The notes under the pieces were generated by a model. It was not told the origin of the DNA. It did not search any database and saw nothing but the letters and a program-made list of their open reading frames with translations. Source: Ginglymostoma cirratum (lineage: Eukaryota). From it: 64,000 bases of DNA. Below are positions 1-14,078 of this stretch, in pieces (position 1 is the stretch's first letter; each line of letters starts with the position of its first letter). The DNA is taken from the NCBI GenBank assembly GCA_024137785.1, contig JAHRHZ010000002.1:4803258-4867257 (forward strand), written 5' to 3'. Made by a program: the position numbers and the translations under genes.

Positions 1-719
1 AAATTATACAAAAGGAGGGACTGAATGAGCTGAAAGTGGTTGGCACAGCTGTTACTGTTGGTTAAGGATGAGGAAAGATCACAAGGTGAGTGAGTAGGAA
101 ACAGAGTGCAGAAAGGGCTGGTAACTTGGAGGGGCAGGCAGGGTCAGAGCTTTTGAGGGGAATTGCTCAATGAAATAATCATTGTTTAGGTCATAAGCAT
201 CGGTGGGAGGTGCAATGGCAGACCTAGAGTGAGTGTCAGACAGCAAACAGAACATGGCAACACTTAGCTTTGGAGTGCAAAAGGCTTACAACTTTCTTGA
301 AGCACTGCTGTGACCCCCTCTGGACCATGAAGTGGCACTGACCCAGGCAGTAACCTCAGAGCAGGCTGTGGTCTCCTTTAGCAGTCCTAGAGAAAGAGGG
401 TGACCCTATTGTCCATCACCAGGACTTCCGAGTGCCGAGCACCAAAGCAGGATGCTAGCTTGGGTCTTGGAAACATCTCCTTTTGAACTGTGAGACAGAT
501 AATAATTGGCTTGTAGCATTTGAACGAGTGCACCCTCTCAATTTAAATATGGCCTTGGCGACATAACCACAAGAAGGTCTCAGCACTGCTGACCAGCTCT
601 TCTGCTGCTGACTGCAAGATATTGCAGGAGCAACGCATGGATGTGGAGTGCAGATTTAACAAGGTGAGTAAGGTAAGACTGCATGAGAAAATGCTTTGGA
701 GGGGTTTCAGAAGAGATAG

Positions 720-2230
720 ATACCAGAAATGAATGTGTTATTCCAGGAGAATAGGTTGGACATTCTGGGCTTGTTTTGACTGGAGTTTAGAAAAGTGAGG
801 AGTTACTTGATTGAAGTGTATAAGATCTAGAATAGTCTTGAGAAAGTGGATTTGGAAAGGATTTTCTCTTATAGGTGAGTCCAGAATTAAGAGCACTGCT
901 TTAAGATGAGGTGCCTTTCTTTCAGCACAGAGATGATGAGAACTTTATTTCTCTTGAGGATTGGGAAACTTTGGAACTCCTGGCCTGAGAAGCTGGTGGA
1001 AGCAGGGCGATTGAATATTTTTAAGTCAGAAGTGGATAGGTTTCTATTGGGTAAGGGAATGGAGAGGTATTGGGAGTAATTTAAAATGTAGAATTAGAAA
1101 CAAAAAAAAGGAAACAAAATAAACACAGATAATGGGAACTGCAGACGCTGGAGAATCTGAGATAACAAGGTGTGGAGCTGGATGAACACAACAGGCCAAA
1201 GGAGCAGGAAGGCTGACGTTTCGGGCCTAGACTCTTCTTCAGAAAATAAACAGATCAGTTTCATGTTTTAAAGTTTCCAGTGCTCACGGAGGTAAATCCT
1301 TCATAAAGCTTCCAAAAATATGACAAATTATGAGAAAATGTAGCCTGCTGTGTTCCTGCCATTCCCACTACTCCTCCTGGAAGTGCCGTTCACAATAAAA
1401 GTGGCCAGAAGAATCACACTGAACCAGCCAGAACAGGTTCCCCTCTACACACAGCATGATCAAACACAGAGCATGCAGTTTTCCAAAGTTAAAGTATATC
1501 ATTCCAAATTATGACAACCAAATACACCATCATAGCAGGTTTGATGAGGGTAATGAGTTGTACATGGCCTTCCAGATGATATTTGATGAAATGCCAATAA
1601 CAGGCTTGTCAGCAAAGTCAAAGCTTATGAAATAAAAAGGACAGTAGCAGCATTCATAAGAATTTGCTCAGAGTCAAGAAACAGAGTAGTGCTTAACAGC
1701 TGTTTTTCAGAATGGACCAAACTCCCCAGGGAATGGAGCATTGCTTTTGCTGATCTGTAATCATAATTTAGACTTCGATAGATAGGGCACAATCTCAAAA
1801 CATGCAGGTGAACTAAAATGTCAATTTAATGTGAATTGCAGAACTGATATTGTTAAACTTCAAGAGGGTCATAGACTAATGTGTGGTCAGACAAGATAAC
1901 ATTCAAAGAGAGGCACAGACTAAAGCATTGTGTTCGGAAGAATAAGGGACTGCGAATATAAAGCAAAGGTTACAATTCTAAAGGGATGTAAGAATAGAGT
2001 CACCCAATTTCATAAATCCATAAGTTGTCAAAGGTGGTAGGGCAGGTTGAAAAAGTGCAAACAGGCAAACAAGGTCATGGGATTTACATATAGCGGCATA
2101 GTGTAGTGTACAATAACAAGGTGGTTATGATGAACTTTTACAAAAGAAAAATAGTTCAGAGTCAACTGCAGCACTATATACAATTCTGGGCACCACATTA
2201 AGGCAGGTTATGAAGGCTTTAGAGAAGACT
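720..2230 (+). mobile_element. Old CR1 fragments with a pLTR insertion at about 1128-1245
   Basis: CR1 3'-type sequence at about 720-1090 and RT-like remnants at about 1560-2230. Confidence 0.55.
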
Positions 2231-3404
2231 TAAATATTTATGAAATAATTTCTTCTGTCACTAAGGATTATTGTCCTTAGGCAAAGAGACGGATGACAGA
2301 AAGTTTAGTGGAGGTTCGATCGAGGTTGTGAAGACCATTTTTATTTTTTCCAACTGTGAACTAAGAGTGGGGAAAGGAACTGCTTCAAACGAGGAAGCTG
2401 TGTAAGAAGGTATGAGTAGCACGTCACTGGAACACGTGATTTATATTTACAATGTTGCCTTATCCCAGCAGTATGGTAGCATGCTAAACACATCACTGTA
2501 TGTGGTGTGTGGTTTGGTGTGTGTGGTGTCATATGGTGTATGTTCAGGACAATTCTGCTCAGAGACAATCATTTGATTGCTTTTTTTCAGTTGACTGGTT
2601 GTGTGGGTTCAGAAGAGCTCAGTATAGCAACAACTTCTTGATTAGTTCCTGGATAGGCTCTAGCCTTGTATATAGACGATGGAGAAGCTTCCAGCCTGCA
2701 AAGAGAAAACAGCTAAATCTTTCTCTTTCTGTCTCATATTCTCACTTATAATTTCCCTACAAACTGTTCTCTCTGCAAATTCTCTTGTGGAAAAGGACAG
2801 AAAACAAAACACCTCCAGAGGCACAGAATTCTGAACGAGTGAATGAAAGATAGAGTCAATTTACCCACAACCTTATGACATTAGCACAGAATTGGAAGGA
2901 GTCAAGAAAAAACTATCATTTAGGATCCAGACTGATGCCGAATTGTGCTTCTCTGTCTTCACCTATAATATTTGTGTCTTGTTTCTTTGTGTCTGTATGT
3001 GTATGGGAATTTTAAAATGGGGTAGAGTTTAAGTTATAGAATTCTAAGTTAGCAATTGACGTTTCTTTCTTGCTATTGGTTAAAAACAGTTTTATTTTAA
3101 TAAATAATTATTTTCTTGTTAACGAAAAACCTGATGTGCATAATCTTTTAACCTGTGTTACACAGTTAATCTGGGCAATTCGTGGTTTACTCAAATTTTC
3201 ACATTTGTGATGACTCTGGGAATATTGAGGCTTGGTTTTCAGCACAATACCCCTGTGACTCATGACAAGTTGTTCAAAATCTTGAGGGGTATAGGTAGAG
3301 TGCATAGGGAGAAATGGTTTCCCATTCATGGAAAGGTGAAGAACCAGGGGTCACCCATTTATTGGGACTGGCAAAGGAATCACTGGCAACAGGAGTGAAA
3401 ATTG

Positions 3405-3850
3405 TGCCCATAATGGCTCAGTTGGTAGCAAATCTTGCATCTTAGTCACCCGGGTTGGGCTTCAAGTTGCACTGTGGGCCTCAAACACAAAACTCAGCTG
3501 ATTGATGCTCCAGTAGAGTATGGAGAAAGCTGTGCTGCTGGCTGAAGGTGTCACCTTTTTTGAATAAAATGTGAAACTAAAACCCCACCTGCCTATATAG
3601 ATATAAAAGCTCTATTTTGAAGAAAAATGGGGGTATTTGTCCTAATATCCTGCCAAAACATATCCCTTATCTAACATGACAAAAACAGATGATCTGATAC
3701 GGTCAAATTTCTGTCTGGGGAAGTTAGTTGGCTGCCACATTTCCAGCACTGAAACAGTTCTGCAATTCATAAGCACTTATATGGTTGTAATGTGCTTTTA
3801 GACATTTGCTGGTTGCGAAAATCCCTATATAAATACAAATCTTTACTTTT
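3405..3850 (+). mobile_element. tRNA-derived SINE with a Deu-like central domain (another fragment at about 45845-46045)
   Basis: A-box-like TGGCTCAGTTGG head, central TTTTGAAGAA...CCTG..AA.ATATCCC, and tail TATATAAATACAAATCTTT. Confidence 0.55.
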
Positions 3851-4434
3851 AAAAATGGTGAGTAGTTATATTCTGGAAAGCGCTTCCTGAGGGTGTAGTG
3901 GAGACAGATTTAACTAAGGTACATCCACCACTTCCTCTGGATGTTCATTCCTCTGAGTAAAAAAACTTGTTCCCCCTATCTTCTTTAAATCTCTCTCCTC
4001 TCACCTTAAAAATGTGCTTCTAGTCTCGAAATCTCCCATCCTAGCTAAAAGACACCTATTATTAACTCTATCTATACCTTTTCTGACTTGTAAACCTCTA
4101 ATAACATCACCTCTCAATCTCTTACACGCCTGTAAAAAAAGCTGTATCCAGCTCTTCTTTATAACTCAAACCCGGCATCATCCTGAACTCTCTGTAGCTT
4201 AATAATTTCCTTCCTAGAGCAGGAAAACTAGAACTGGACACAGTATTCCAGAAGAGGCCTTCCTTCTGTGTTGCAAACATTCTATGATTCTACAATTAGG
4301 TCATTAACTATACTGGATATCCAGGCATCTATTTTAAACATGTATTCCTTACTGTTGTATGACCATGGCTGAGTGGCTTTCTGGTGCCCGTTAAACAGGA
4401 CAGCTCTGGTGGAAATCCGAGTTGATAATGTTAC

Positions 4435-4695
4435 CTGATGTTTGGTTTGTCCCCTTCATTATTGTGATCAGACTTTCCTTAGCCATGGCTGAAAGTTTAT
4501 TCGCTTGATTTGTGAGGTATTCCCAGTACTCCTCGTCAAACGAATCCATCATCCACTGCTGCCGGGGGACTGTCCGCCTGGTGTCACTGTCATAATAGGT
4601 CACAGGAACTCCATTGATCGTTGTTACACCAAAATACTCAGGTAGTTCAGCAATGCCAGAGGTTGCTATAAATGCCGTAGTAATGGTATTGCTGT
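4435..4695 (-). CDS. Gene B exon 2, MHC class I alpha1 domain (gene presumably continues beyond the window start)
   Basis: Acceptor TTTGTTTTACAG and donor G|GTAACA; 261 nt. DSNTITTAFIATSG...YYDS...RQQWM...EEYWE...TNQTSG is 55/87 identical to gene A alpha1 by manual count. No alpha2 exon was seen in 1-4434. Confidence 0.93.
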
Positions 4696-5094
4696 CTGTA
4701 AAACAAATAAAGGAACAATTCATTTACAAAAACTACCAACTGAGCAGATATATTCTCAGCCACATCATGACGGTGCCCCAGAGACAGATACAGAGCGATG
4801 GAGAGGAATTCAAACAGAAAACAGGCAGATGCACGGGGTAACAAGGTGTGGGGCTGGATGAACACAGCAGGAAAGCTTGACGTTTCTGGCCTAGACCCTT
4901 CGTACACCCGTACAAAGTAGGTACGACTGCAAATGTCAATTCTTCTCCCATTAATGAATATCGTGACACGCATTTCCTGCCGATGCTAACATTTCCACTT
5001 CCAGTAAAATCTCAGTGAATTTCCAGTCCACACCCGGGGCTGGAGAAATGAGAGAGAGAGAGAGAGAGGATGGAAGGCTGAATTCTGTACTTAC

Positions 5095-5146
5095 CGGGAG
5101 TGACCCAGGAAAAACACAGGGAGATGGAGAAAACGATCAGCAACAT
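5095..5146 (-). CDS. Gene B exon 1, signal peptide MLLIVFSISLCFSWVTP
   Basis: ATG at 5146, phase-1 donor G|GTAAGT; 15 of 17 residues identical to the gene A leader. Confidence 0.9.
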
Positions 5147-5375
5147 TCTAGGAATGCACTGTCCCTATTCCAATTCGGGACTGGGAATAAAATAGTCTAA
5201 AATGGGGAGGGGGAAGACTGAACAAGGTCGTCGAGACTCCATTTTACTGCTGAATTTGAAGATAGATCATTTCCTGAGCGAGAAACCCCAGTACCAGAGG
5301 AGAGCAGAGGCGTGTTTATAAAAGGATATCCAATTAAAATGACATATAGTTATCCGTCGTGAGTTACCGAGAGGT
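5147..5375 (-). promoter_or_regulatory. Gene B proximal promoter with candidate X1-like (GGTAAC, 5363-5368) and Y (ATTGG, 5330-5334) boxes and an ETS-like CAGGAAAT
   Basis: Motifs are shared in the same order with the gene A upstream region; GATCATTTCCTGA (5265-5277) is identical in both. Confidence 0.5.
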
Positions 5376-6199
5376 CAAACTCGGGCGAAACAAAGAGCGA
5401 GACAGAAGCTTAGGTGGGGCTTTCTGCTATTGCTTCAATGTGGGGGATGGAGAAGGGAAAATGTTATCGCTGGTGACGAATGTATTGCTCAGTCTATCAC
5501 ATGCCCGTCAGCGCCTTAGCCACAGTGAAGAATCTGCCCTGAAACAGAAATAGCTGGAGAAACTCAGACGGTCTGGTAGCTTCTTTGGGGAAGTGAAAAC
5601 AGAGACCAGTAACCTTTCTTCAGGACTAGGTAGTGCCTGTCCTCTCAGTTCGCTCATTATTGGAGTAACAGGTTTCCTGAAACTGCCAGTCAGTCAGAGA
5701 GAGAGCAGCAGCTTCCGGATACTGACTGCTCCTCCAGAACTGATCCAGCCTTTTGTGTTTCACTTTTCGCCCGATTGGAGTTTTGCAGGGACATGGGATG
5801 GTGAGCCAAGTGGGGGGGATGTCGGCGACAAGAGCAAGGGGCTGGCTCTTATCAGCCCCCACCATTTCGGGCATCCATGCCTCAGAATAGCACCATTGGA
5901 TGTCAGTCCCCTAACCTACCCCATATCTGACAAACCAGTAACCACAGTATCCCCGGGCTGATTCTTATTGGAAATCTGCCTGTTGGTTTTAGTAGCTTGG
6001 TGATCACCGTTACCTAATATAGACGCTGGAACATTTATTGCAATTTTCCGATAGTTTATCAATTTCATTGTGTTTGTAAAGAAGCAACAGTTTAGATATG
6101 ATACATTAGTTAATTAGATAAAGAAAGTATATAAATGTGACAATTGGGGGACAGTTCATTGAGGACAAACAGGCTGTCATTATGGAATGTGTTGGGTTT

Positions 6200-6940
6200 T
6201 TTTAATTTCAAAAATATACTTTGGTCATATACACAGCCACTGAAGCAGGTTGGTTCTGTATGTAGCATATGAAAGAACAAACAAACATTGGACTTTGACT
6301 CTATCCAACAAGCAAACCCAAGACATTCTTATTTGTACAAGACTATGTTTACTTATATTTGAGGCACCAGGAGGGTCCAGTGACTGAATGGACCCCCATG
6401 TAGCTTTGGCTGAAAGACCTCAGACAGTGGTCTTTCCCCACTGCCTCTTGGCAGCAGCTATCCCAAGCTTTAGTGCATCCCTCACCACATAGTCCTGGAT
6501 CTTGGAATGTGCCAGTCTGCAACACTTGGTCAGGGGTCACCTCCTTGTCCTGGAAGATCAGCACATTTCGGGCAGACCAAAGAGCACCTTTCACCATTTT
6601 AATGATCCTCCAGGCACGGTTAATGTTTGACTCAATGTGTGTCCTGGGGAACACAGAGTCCTACGTCACGGAGCTGCTTGGGACAAACTTTGACAAAAAC
6701 TACTACATCTTTCCCCAGGCTTCCTTTGCAAAGGCACATTCCAGAAGGAGATATGTGTCAGTCTTATGAAAATTGTGAAGGTAGCATCCTGCTCTCGAGT
6801 TGGTGTGTTAGGGAACCCTTCTCTTAGTCTTCCTCCTCTCCTTCTGGTCCATCTTCCACCTCTCTGGTGGGAACTGCTCCATGAAGACTGCTCTGGGGAA
6901 CCACGCAATGAGAGCTGCCCTTTAAGGGAATCCTCCTCTG
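6200..6940 (-). mobile_element. L1/Tx1-type LINE 3' fragment
   Basis: THIESNINRAWRIIKMVKGALWSARNVLIFQ resembles the Tx1 ORF2 C-terminus. Confidence 0.6.
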
Positions 6941-7544
6941 CCCTGGCACTTATTGTTATGCCTTATTTCTAGCGGCGGCCAACTTAGGCTGGGTCAGTTG
7001 ATTGTCTGAACCCTTTTGACCAATGGCCATAGGACAATACTCATAATGTCAGCTGATCCCCATATTGTCCCATTGCCCACCTTCACCTGAGGGTTAGTTG
7101 ACCAACCTTACTAAAAGCAAAACCTTCATATTTTTGAAAACAACGTGCCAGTAATAGAGTGCCTTTGGCACCAGATAAATTGTCAACACTGCTTCAATGG
7201 GCATTGTGACCTCTGTATTTTTCATACTCCTTCCCTTTGTTTTCATATGCTAGAAACTCGGGAAGCTAATTACTGCTGTAAAATGAAATCTCAGGCTACA
7301 TCATAAATACGAAGATAATTTCATTTGTAAGGGCCCACAATATTCAAAAGGATCCATGTCAATTTTGGAGAGTTTCATGGAGGGTTTCTCTTCATTAACG
7401 AGACTTGTTGCCAGTATGGCATCCTGCTTGTCCTATCTTCCCTCTCTTCAGAGGCAGAAGTATTTACCACTGCCTGGGTCTACTGGGAGTCTTGTGCTAT
7501 CTTTAAAATACAGTTGTGCAGCAGGTGAAGTGCTGTCAATCTAT

Positions 7545-8194
7545 ATTATGTACCGGGCCAGACCCTCTCAAAATGTTTTAAGAAGGTAGCCTAGACCCTA
7601 ACTTTTTGTATTTCTAAGACAAATGCAATGTGCGGTGTTCCAGATGCAATTCGATTGGTAAACTACTTGAAGTTAAGCAAAACACACATGATTTAAACAC
7701 TATAATTAAAATATAACCAAAGAAAAAGGAATTTAGAGTAACTTAATTGTAGTGGAAAACTTAGCAGAATAATAGATACAGTAACTATTACTAATTAACT
7801 GTTCCAATATAGTAATATCCCATAAACACACCTTTGGCGAAAAGGCAAATTCAGAAAAATAGATTTGTCTCACGGGTAACCCACCAGCAGAAGAAACCTC
7901 AGCTTCTAGCTGTATCCAAGAGAGGGAAAAGATAACTTCAAATTCTTCAAGCCTTGAACAGCAACTGCTTAGAGCTAAACCTAAAAACTTTAAAAAAAAC
8001 GAGTAAAGCCTGGTCTGTAGACCTAGCTACATCCGTTCAGGCTGCTTCCATTGTTCCAACTTTAAAAAGAAAACCCCAAATTCTCTCAAGCTGTTAACTG
8101 TAGTGATTTCGGTGGACCGCCCAAAGCCCCCTGCCTTACAATCTCTCTTCAAAAACAGAACAAAATAACCTCTTAACGCTGTAGCACCATCACA
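7545..8194 (-). mobile_element. Probable solo LTR
   Basis: The minus strand starts TGTGATGG and has LTR-like composition; no target-site duplication seen. Confidence 0.4.
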
Positions 8195-11100
8195 GTCTGG
8201 AGGTGTCCTGCAAGGTTTCTTCTTCTGAAATGTCACCCTGAGATGGCAGACAGACTAATAGCCAATCTCTGAGAGAGAGCTGGAGTCCTTAGTGGATAGG
8301 ATGGTGCAGAGAAGGGCTGTGCTCCTCCACCAGGACTGATAGGGGACAACATGTGACCAGTGCTATCATATTCTGTTTGCAATCTCACACCTACTATTGC
8401 TACTGCCTGTGCCTCCCACTCACGCTGTTGCATGTAGCATCTTTTCTCACTCACTCACACCAGCACCCATGAAACCAGCATGGCCTGTCTGTGCTGCTCA
8501 CTCATTCACTTGGGGCACCCTGCTACCTTTTCCCAACCTGAACCTGTGCCAGACCCTTCGACGGCCCAGAGCAGGGCAGAAAGTGCCAAGATGGATGTTG
8601 GGGTGTCGAGCACACATCTCCTCAGCTCCTACCTGCAGAAGACCTCACTGTTTCTGTGGTGATGCTGAAATTTCCATGTCCCACCAATCAAATGTAAATC
8701 ATTGTCCATTGCTGTGCTGCTCTCCCATTGCCCTCACTATAATTCAACCCCTTTCTTGCCTGTTGATGGCATCAGTGGAATCTGCATGCCCTCCATTGTG
8801 ATGAAGGCAGCTCCAGAAGAAATCTTCTCATCTACCTGGAAGAAATCACAGGTCCCTCAGAGGCAAGGCTGCCTCCTGCACCCTGCACTGACTCCGATAC
8901 TGAGACCTCGGTGGGTATTCTAGCTGGATTCATGTTGGGAGCACATACTGGTGAACATTGCACTGCCATTTCTCCACTGCTGGTCAAGGCAGAGATGCCT
9001 CAGGTCACTGGCACTCGGAGGACTGCCAAAAACCAGGCGACTGCTCAACCCCCAGCAAGAAATGCACAAGCAGACACAGGAGCAGCAAGCAGGTTTGTCT
9101 CAGGATAAACTGACTCAGAGGCTGCAGGACACTGCCAACATTGTTTGGATCATGCTGCCTCTTGGCATCTGGGCAGGGTAGTAGCTGCCATATCCTGGAC
9201 AGCCAGACCCAGAACATTCAGTGTCTGCTGGATGAACACACAAACCTGCACCTCAACCGCCTAACCATTGATGCTCAGGACCAAAGGCACGGCAACAGGG
9301 GTCGAGGGACCTTAACCCTAACTCTATGTACCTCTTCCTCACAAGGTGACCAGGCAGTGACAGTAGGTGAAGTGAAGGTGGAAGAACAGCATTTCATTTC
9401 TCGTTTGGGAACTCTGCAGCCTTTGGACTTAACGTCAAGTACAATAATTTTAGGGCCTGAGCACCACCTCCCATATCCTTAACCCAATCCCCACACACCA
9501 GGCCTTGTCATCACATGACATGGTCCCCATTAGCAGCTCCTGGTTCTTCCAGGCTGACCTTTCCCCCTTCCTTTGTCCGTCTAGCTGCTGATCTCTCTCT
9601 CTGGACTCCATCTCCACCTCTCTTCCCACCCAATCTGCAGATAAACATCATCATTTTCCTATCACCAATCAGTTCTGAAGAAGGGTCACTGTACCCAAAA
9701 TGTTAACTCTGTTTCTCTCTCCACAGATGCTGCCGGACCTGCTGAGTTTCTCCAGCTACTTTCGTTTCTATTTTTGATTTCCAGCACACTACCCCACTGA
9801 AGCACTGAGTTTTTTCAGCATCCACGTTTCTTTTCTTTCGTTTAGTGTCAGTTGATACCCAGCCACAGTAGAAACCATGCGGAGGGGCCCAGCACATTCC
9901 AGAGGTTACTGAGCCTTCCAGCTACACCCTGCACACCCCCAACAACTGCAGCCCCCCCCTCCACCCCACCAACCCATCATCCCTGTGAGAATTTAAGCCC
10001 AGGATGGAGTGGCTGCCTCTGGGAAGGGCCCTCTCTGGGCCCTCTAGACACAATCACATGGCGGGGTTGCCTGGTCAAAGCTCCAGGGCCAACAGGCTCC
10101 ATTGTAGGACAGGTTCCTTCCACTTTTGCTACAGACCATGGAACTACACCAAGATATAATGGGGGAGAAAGGGAGGAACCCTTCTGAGGGTAAAACTTCA
10201 TGGTAAATACATTCTCATATTTATAAAAATATGTTCACTTTTCATCATCAGCTGTGTGCTTCACAATATTTCATGGTATAAAGTGTGAAGCGGGCAGCTC
10301 CATGTGCAGGCTTTAGGACAATGTTGGGTGATTGCTACTTTAGCAACTAGGCTGAATCTTTCCAATCTGCTCTACATTGCAGACTCGATGACCCAAGTGA
10401 TCTCTTTCCACACTGTAGGAATTCTGTGATTCCTTGTGCATCACAGGGTAAATTGGTTACCTCACTACTGCCAATCTGAGCCTGTTTTTCTGGTCGAATT
10501 TCTAATGCCAATATTGTTGTGCAGGGCATAGAAGATTCTGCCTCAGTCGGGATGTTGTCCACCAGGGGGCAGATGACCCCCATGGTGTCCACGCAAGTTC
10601 CTGGGTGCAAGCACTGAATGTGCGCACACATGCTCTCATCACCGCTTCGAGATCATCTCACTCCACCTTTTATGTTTTTCCGAAGGCGCTGTGGCAAGAT
10701 TCTCACTGGGCAGCAGCGAGTTGATAATTGATGCGAGTACCACTCATTAAGGTCTATGTTGACAGCTCAACTCACCTATTCAATATTCCAGATGCAACCT
10801 TGCCAAACTTACAAACTAACCATTGGGAAAACTCAACATGGAAACCAGAGTGAACTTTTGGTGACTTCAGTTTGTAAGGAGCCAAATGACAGAAGCCCAC
10901 CATTTGTCTCTGACTCTTCCTGCCCAATGGTGAGCTGCTTTCCTTTCGGAATGAGAGAGAGAGAGGCTGTACTATGAAAGTGGTTGGCACTGCCATTACT
11001 ATTGGTGTAGATGGGGATGTGTATCGAGTGAGTGAGAAGGCAGCACAGAAGGCATGCAGGGTTTGTGGTGACAGGGGTTTGGGAATGGTGAGTGCAGGTG

Positions 11101-11739
11101 AAAGAAGATGTTACAGACAGTAGTGAGAGTGGTCAAGCGTCAGTCTTGGTGTAAGCTGGGTACAGTCGGAGAACTAGGGTGAGTGTGAAGTATCAGAGAG
11201 AAGATGATAGACCATACCCTGATGGAGTGGAGAAGCTCTTTGACCTGCTTCCGACATTCCTGCAGCTGGCTGAGATTGCTTTAACTCGGGGTGCAACCCT
11301 GCAGACACTACCCACCCCCCCGCCTTCCCCCGCAGGACTGATCTCTCTGGACTGTTCTCAAAGTTTTGAAGATAACACCTTTCAGCCTGCAGGTCATTTT
11401 CCAGTAAATGGTCAATCCCTTGCAAAGGCAAATTTAAACTCAAACACAGCATTACTGGCCTATAATACTTGTTTTTGAAGTGAGCTTCATGGTGCCTCAA
11501 TGCTTTCTGCTGTCAGTCTGTAAGAATAGTACACAGGAATTTGCAGTTAATACTAAAAAGAAGTCTCTAGGTTATCAAGATTGGAGAGAGTCAGTTAAGT
11601 TAGAAATTAAAGAGTCAAAATAGAAATAATACTTCATTGGAATTATCTATAAAGGGTAGGGCTGGCAAAAGTGGTAAAAAAAGATTGGGAACAAATTTGG
11701 AGAATGTTAGGGTTTCTGGATTACAGAGAACCATTGGGT

Positions 11740-12117
11740 AATGATGTAGTTGCCTTAGCTGCTTCAGGTGATGTCATTCTTTATCTTTCACCAGCAATTC
11801 CCGAGTTTGCAGCTGCAAAACCCTTTCTCCCCAGTTCTCTTTTCTCTCTCTTGTTTTCCTGAAATTCTACCACATCTTTTCCAATGAGTTTTGGTTAGAG
11901 TAACTGTGTTTGGTTACAATTCAGCTTTTATCACCTGTTCCAAAATCTGGACTGAAATACTGAGCTCGCATTTTTAGAATCCCCTCTCTTTGTCTGGTTG
12001 TGTATTTCAGTCGTACTGTTTCACTACGTCTTTTAGCTGTTCTATGTTTAAGGACACAAATTCTTGCCAAATTAAATCGTCTTGTTCTACAAACATCTCT
12101 GCATCAAATTTAGCCAT
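11740..12117 (-). mobile_element. Possible degenerate Gypsy/Gmr1-like gag N-terminus
   Basis: MAKFDAEMFVEQDDLIWQEFVSLNIEQLKDVVKQYD* followed by coiled-coil-like remnants. Confidence 0.3.
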
Positions 12118-13471
12118 CTTAACTTTCCCACATGTTATCATTTCCTTAAAGCTTGTTGCTGCAGTATCTTGCTTGATTTTAAAAAAATTGATCTATATTA
12201 TTATCCCTTCCATTTCCAAATTCTTTAAAGTTCAAATTCAGTTCATTTGCAATGGATTTAATTTCAGTTTGAAGCTTTCAATTGTCATGGATGGTTTAAA
12301 ATGCATTTCACTCAAAGTTGTCGATAAATTTGTTTATATTTGTATATCTCCTCTTTAGGAGTGAGAAATTCAATCTGTGATAACGCAGCAGAAAGTCCCT
12401 TTATATTTAAAAGAAGAATTGATTCATGTTTGCGCTGCTGAAGTAACTTCCAGTGCTATAAGGTTACTATTTCATTCCCAAAAAAAAAACCCATTTACTT
12501 ACAGGTGAAAGCAAAAACTGAAACTGACTGGAATTGAATCGGATCAGTCTTCACTCAGATCTGGTATTTCAGCCGCTTGACTGACATGAAGGATTTGTAA
12601 TTGTAGGGTTGCTTCATCAACTGCGATAGCGTCTATTGTTAGTGGCTGGGGGGGTTATTAATTTCATAGGAGTGTTCAGCAGATCAGGTTACAGGATGAA
12701 GACAGGGATCTTTCACAGGTGTGGCACTTTTCAACTGTTTGAAGACTTTTAAGAAGGAAAACTGTTTTCAAGTATGTCCCCTGTTGTCCCTCCCTGATGG
12801 AAACAGTCCCGCATTAAAATGCCTCCTTCATGTTGTTTCAAGATGGCTCTCCAGACTGTGATGGATACCCTCTCTTTAGAGAATGCTCTGTGTTTGTCGA
12901 GTGCCCTGTTCTTTAAAGTGTACTGTCTTTGTCTTGTTTTCCTGCCTTTTTACTATCAGCGTGACTATCTGCAATGCCAAAGATCACCCCTACACATGTA
13001 CAGGCATAGCCTGTGGCAACAGCTTGTCGTGGCAGACTGCAGAAGTGTCTGTTTAAATGCACCGCCGGACAAGAGATGGGGGGTTGGTGGAGAGGCTGAC
13101 GGCTGGTAAAAAGGTGAGCTTCCTGTCCCTGCCCTTGTCTGAGAAGTACATCTTCTCATCCGTCACTATTTTGCTGCATTCACCCTGCTGCCATTACCTC
13201 ACTGCCCAGCCCTCTTCAGCCGCCAAGCTGCCCTTTCCAGAGTCAGGAGTGGATACGCAGGAGCTGGGTGGCTGCTTCGGCCCCTGTTCCTCACCCCATT
13301 CACTGCTCCCCCTCAAGTGCTCCCTATCCAAACTCCCTCTTCCTTACCCATATCCTCATCCAGACACTAAGGTGCCCAATGAAATGGCTGCCGGTGAATA
13401 TCAGCTTGCCAAGAAGCTGTATTCCTGGGTGTGTGTTTATTCATCGCGCCACTTATGCCAACTTTCCCAAT

Positions 13472-14078
13472 AGAGTCATACAGCATGGAAACAGACTCTT
13501 CGGTCCAACTGACATATGTGGACCATAATCCTAAACAAAACCAGCCCCATCTGCCTGATCCTGGCCTATGTTCCTCCACACCTTTCCTATTCATGTGCTT
13601 ATCTGAATGTCTTTTAAACATTGTAACTGTACCTACATTCACCACTTCCTCAAGAAGTTCATTCTACACGCGAACTACCCCCGTGTAAAAAAGTTGCCCC
13701 TCATGTCTTTTTAAAATCTTTCTCTTCTTACCTTAAAAATATGCCCCTCGTCTTGAAATCCACAATCCTAGGGAAAAGACACCTGCTATTCACCTTATCT
13801 ATACCTCTCATGGTTTTATAAACCTCCAAAAGATCACCCCTCAACCTCCCATACTCTAGTGAAAAAAAGTCCCAGCCTATCTAGCCTCTCCTTTTCACTC
13901 AAACCCTCCTTGCCCGGCAACATCTGATAAATGTCTTCTGAACCCTCTCCAGCTTAATAATATCCCTCCTATTACAGGGCGACCAGAACTGGACAAAATA
14001 CTCCAGAAGAGGTCTCAGCAATATACTGTAAAATTTCACATAACGTCCCAACTTCTATACTGAAGGGTCTGAGCAATA
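13472..14078 (-). mobile_element. CR1-type LINE 3' end
   Basis: Reverse complement of the CR1 3' region; related pieces at 3950-4260, 15265-15625, 38128-38565 and 45320-45455. Confidence 0.75.

Noticed and set aside
4391-4723. ORF-track starts and stops for the class I domains (also 51292-51615, 44281-44724, 44042-44368) taken as stand-alone genes
   Set aside because: They are exons; the ORF ends mostly extend into intron sequence beyond clear AG/GT sites.
11990-12358. 122-aa hydrophobic plus-strand ORF
   Set aside because: Antisense shadow of an A-rich degenerate minus-strand sequence that is possibly retroelement gag.
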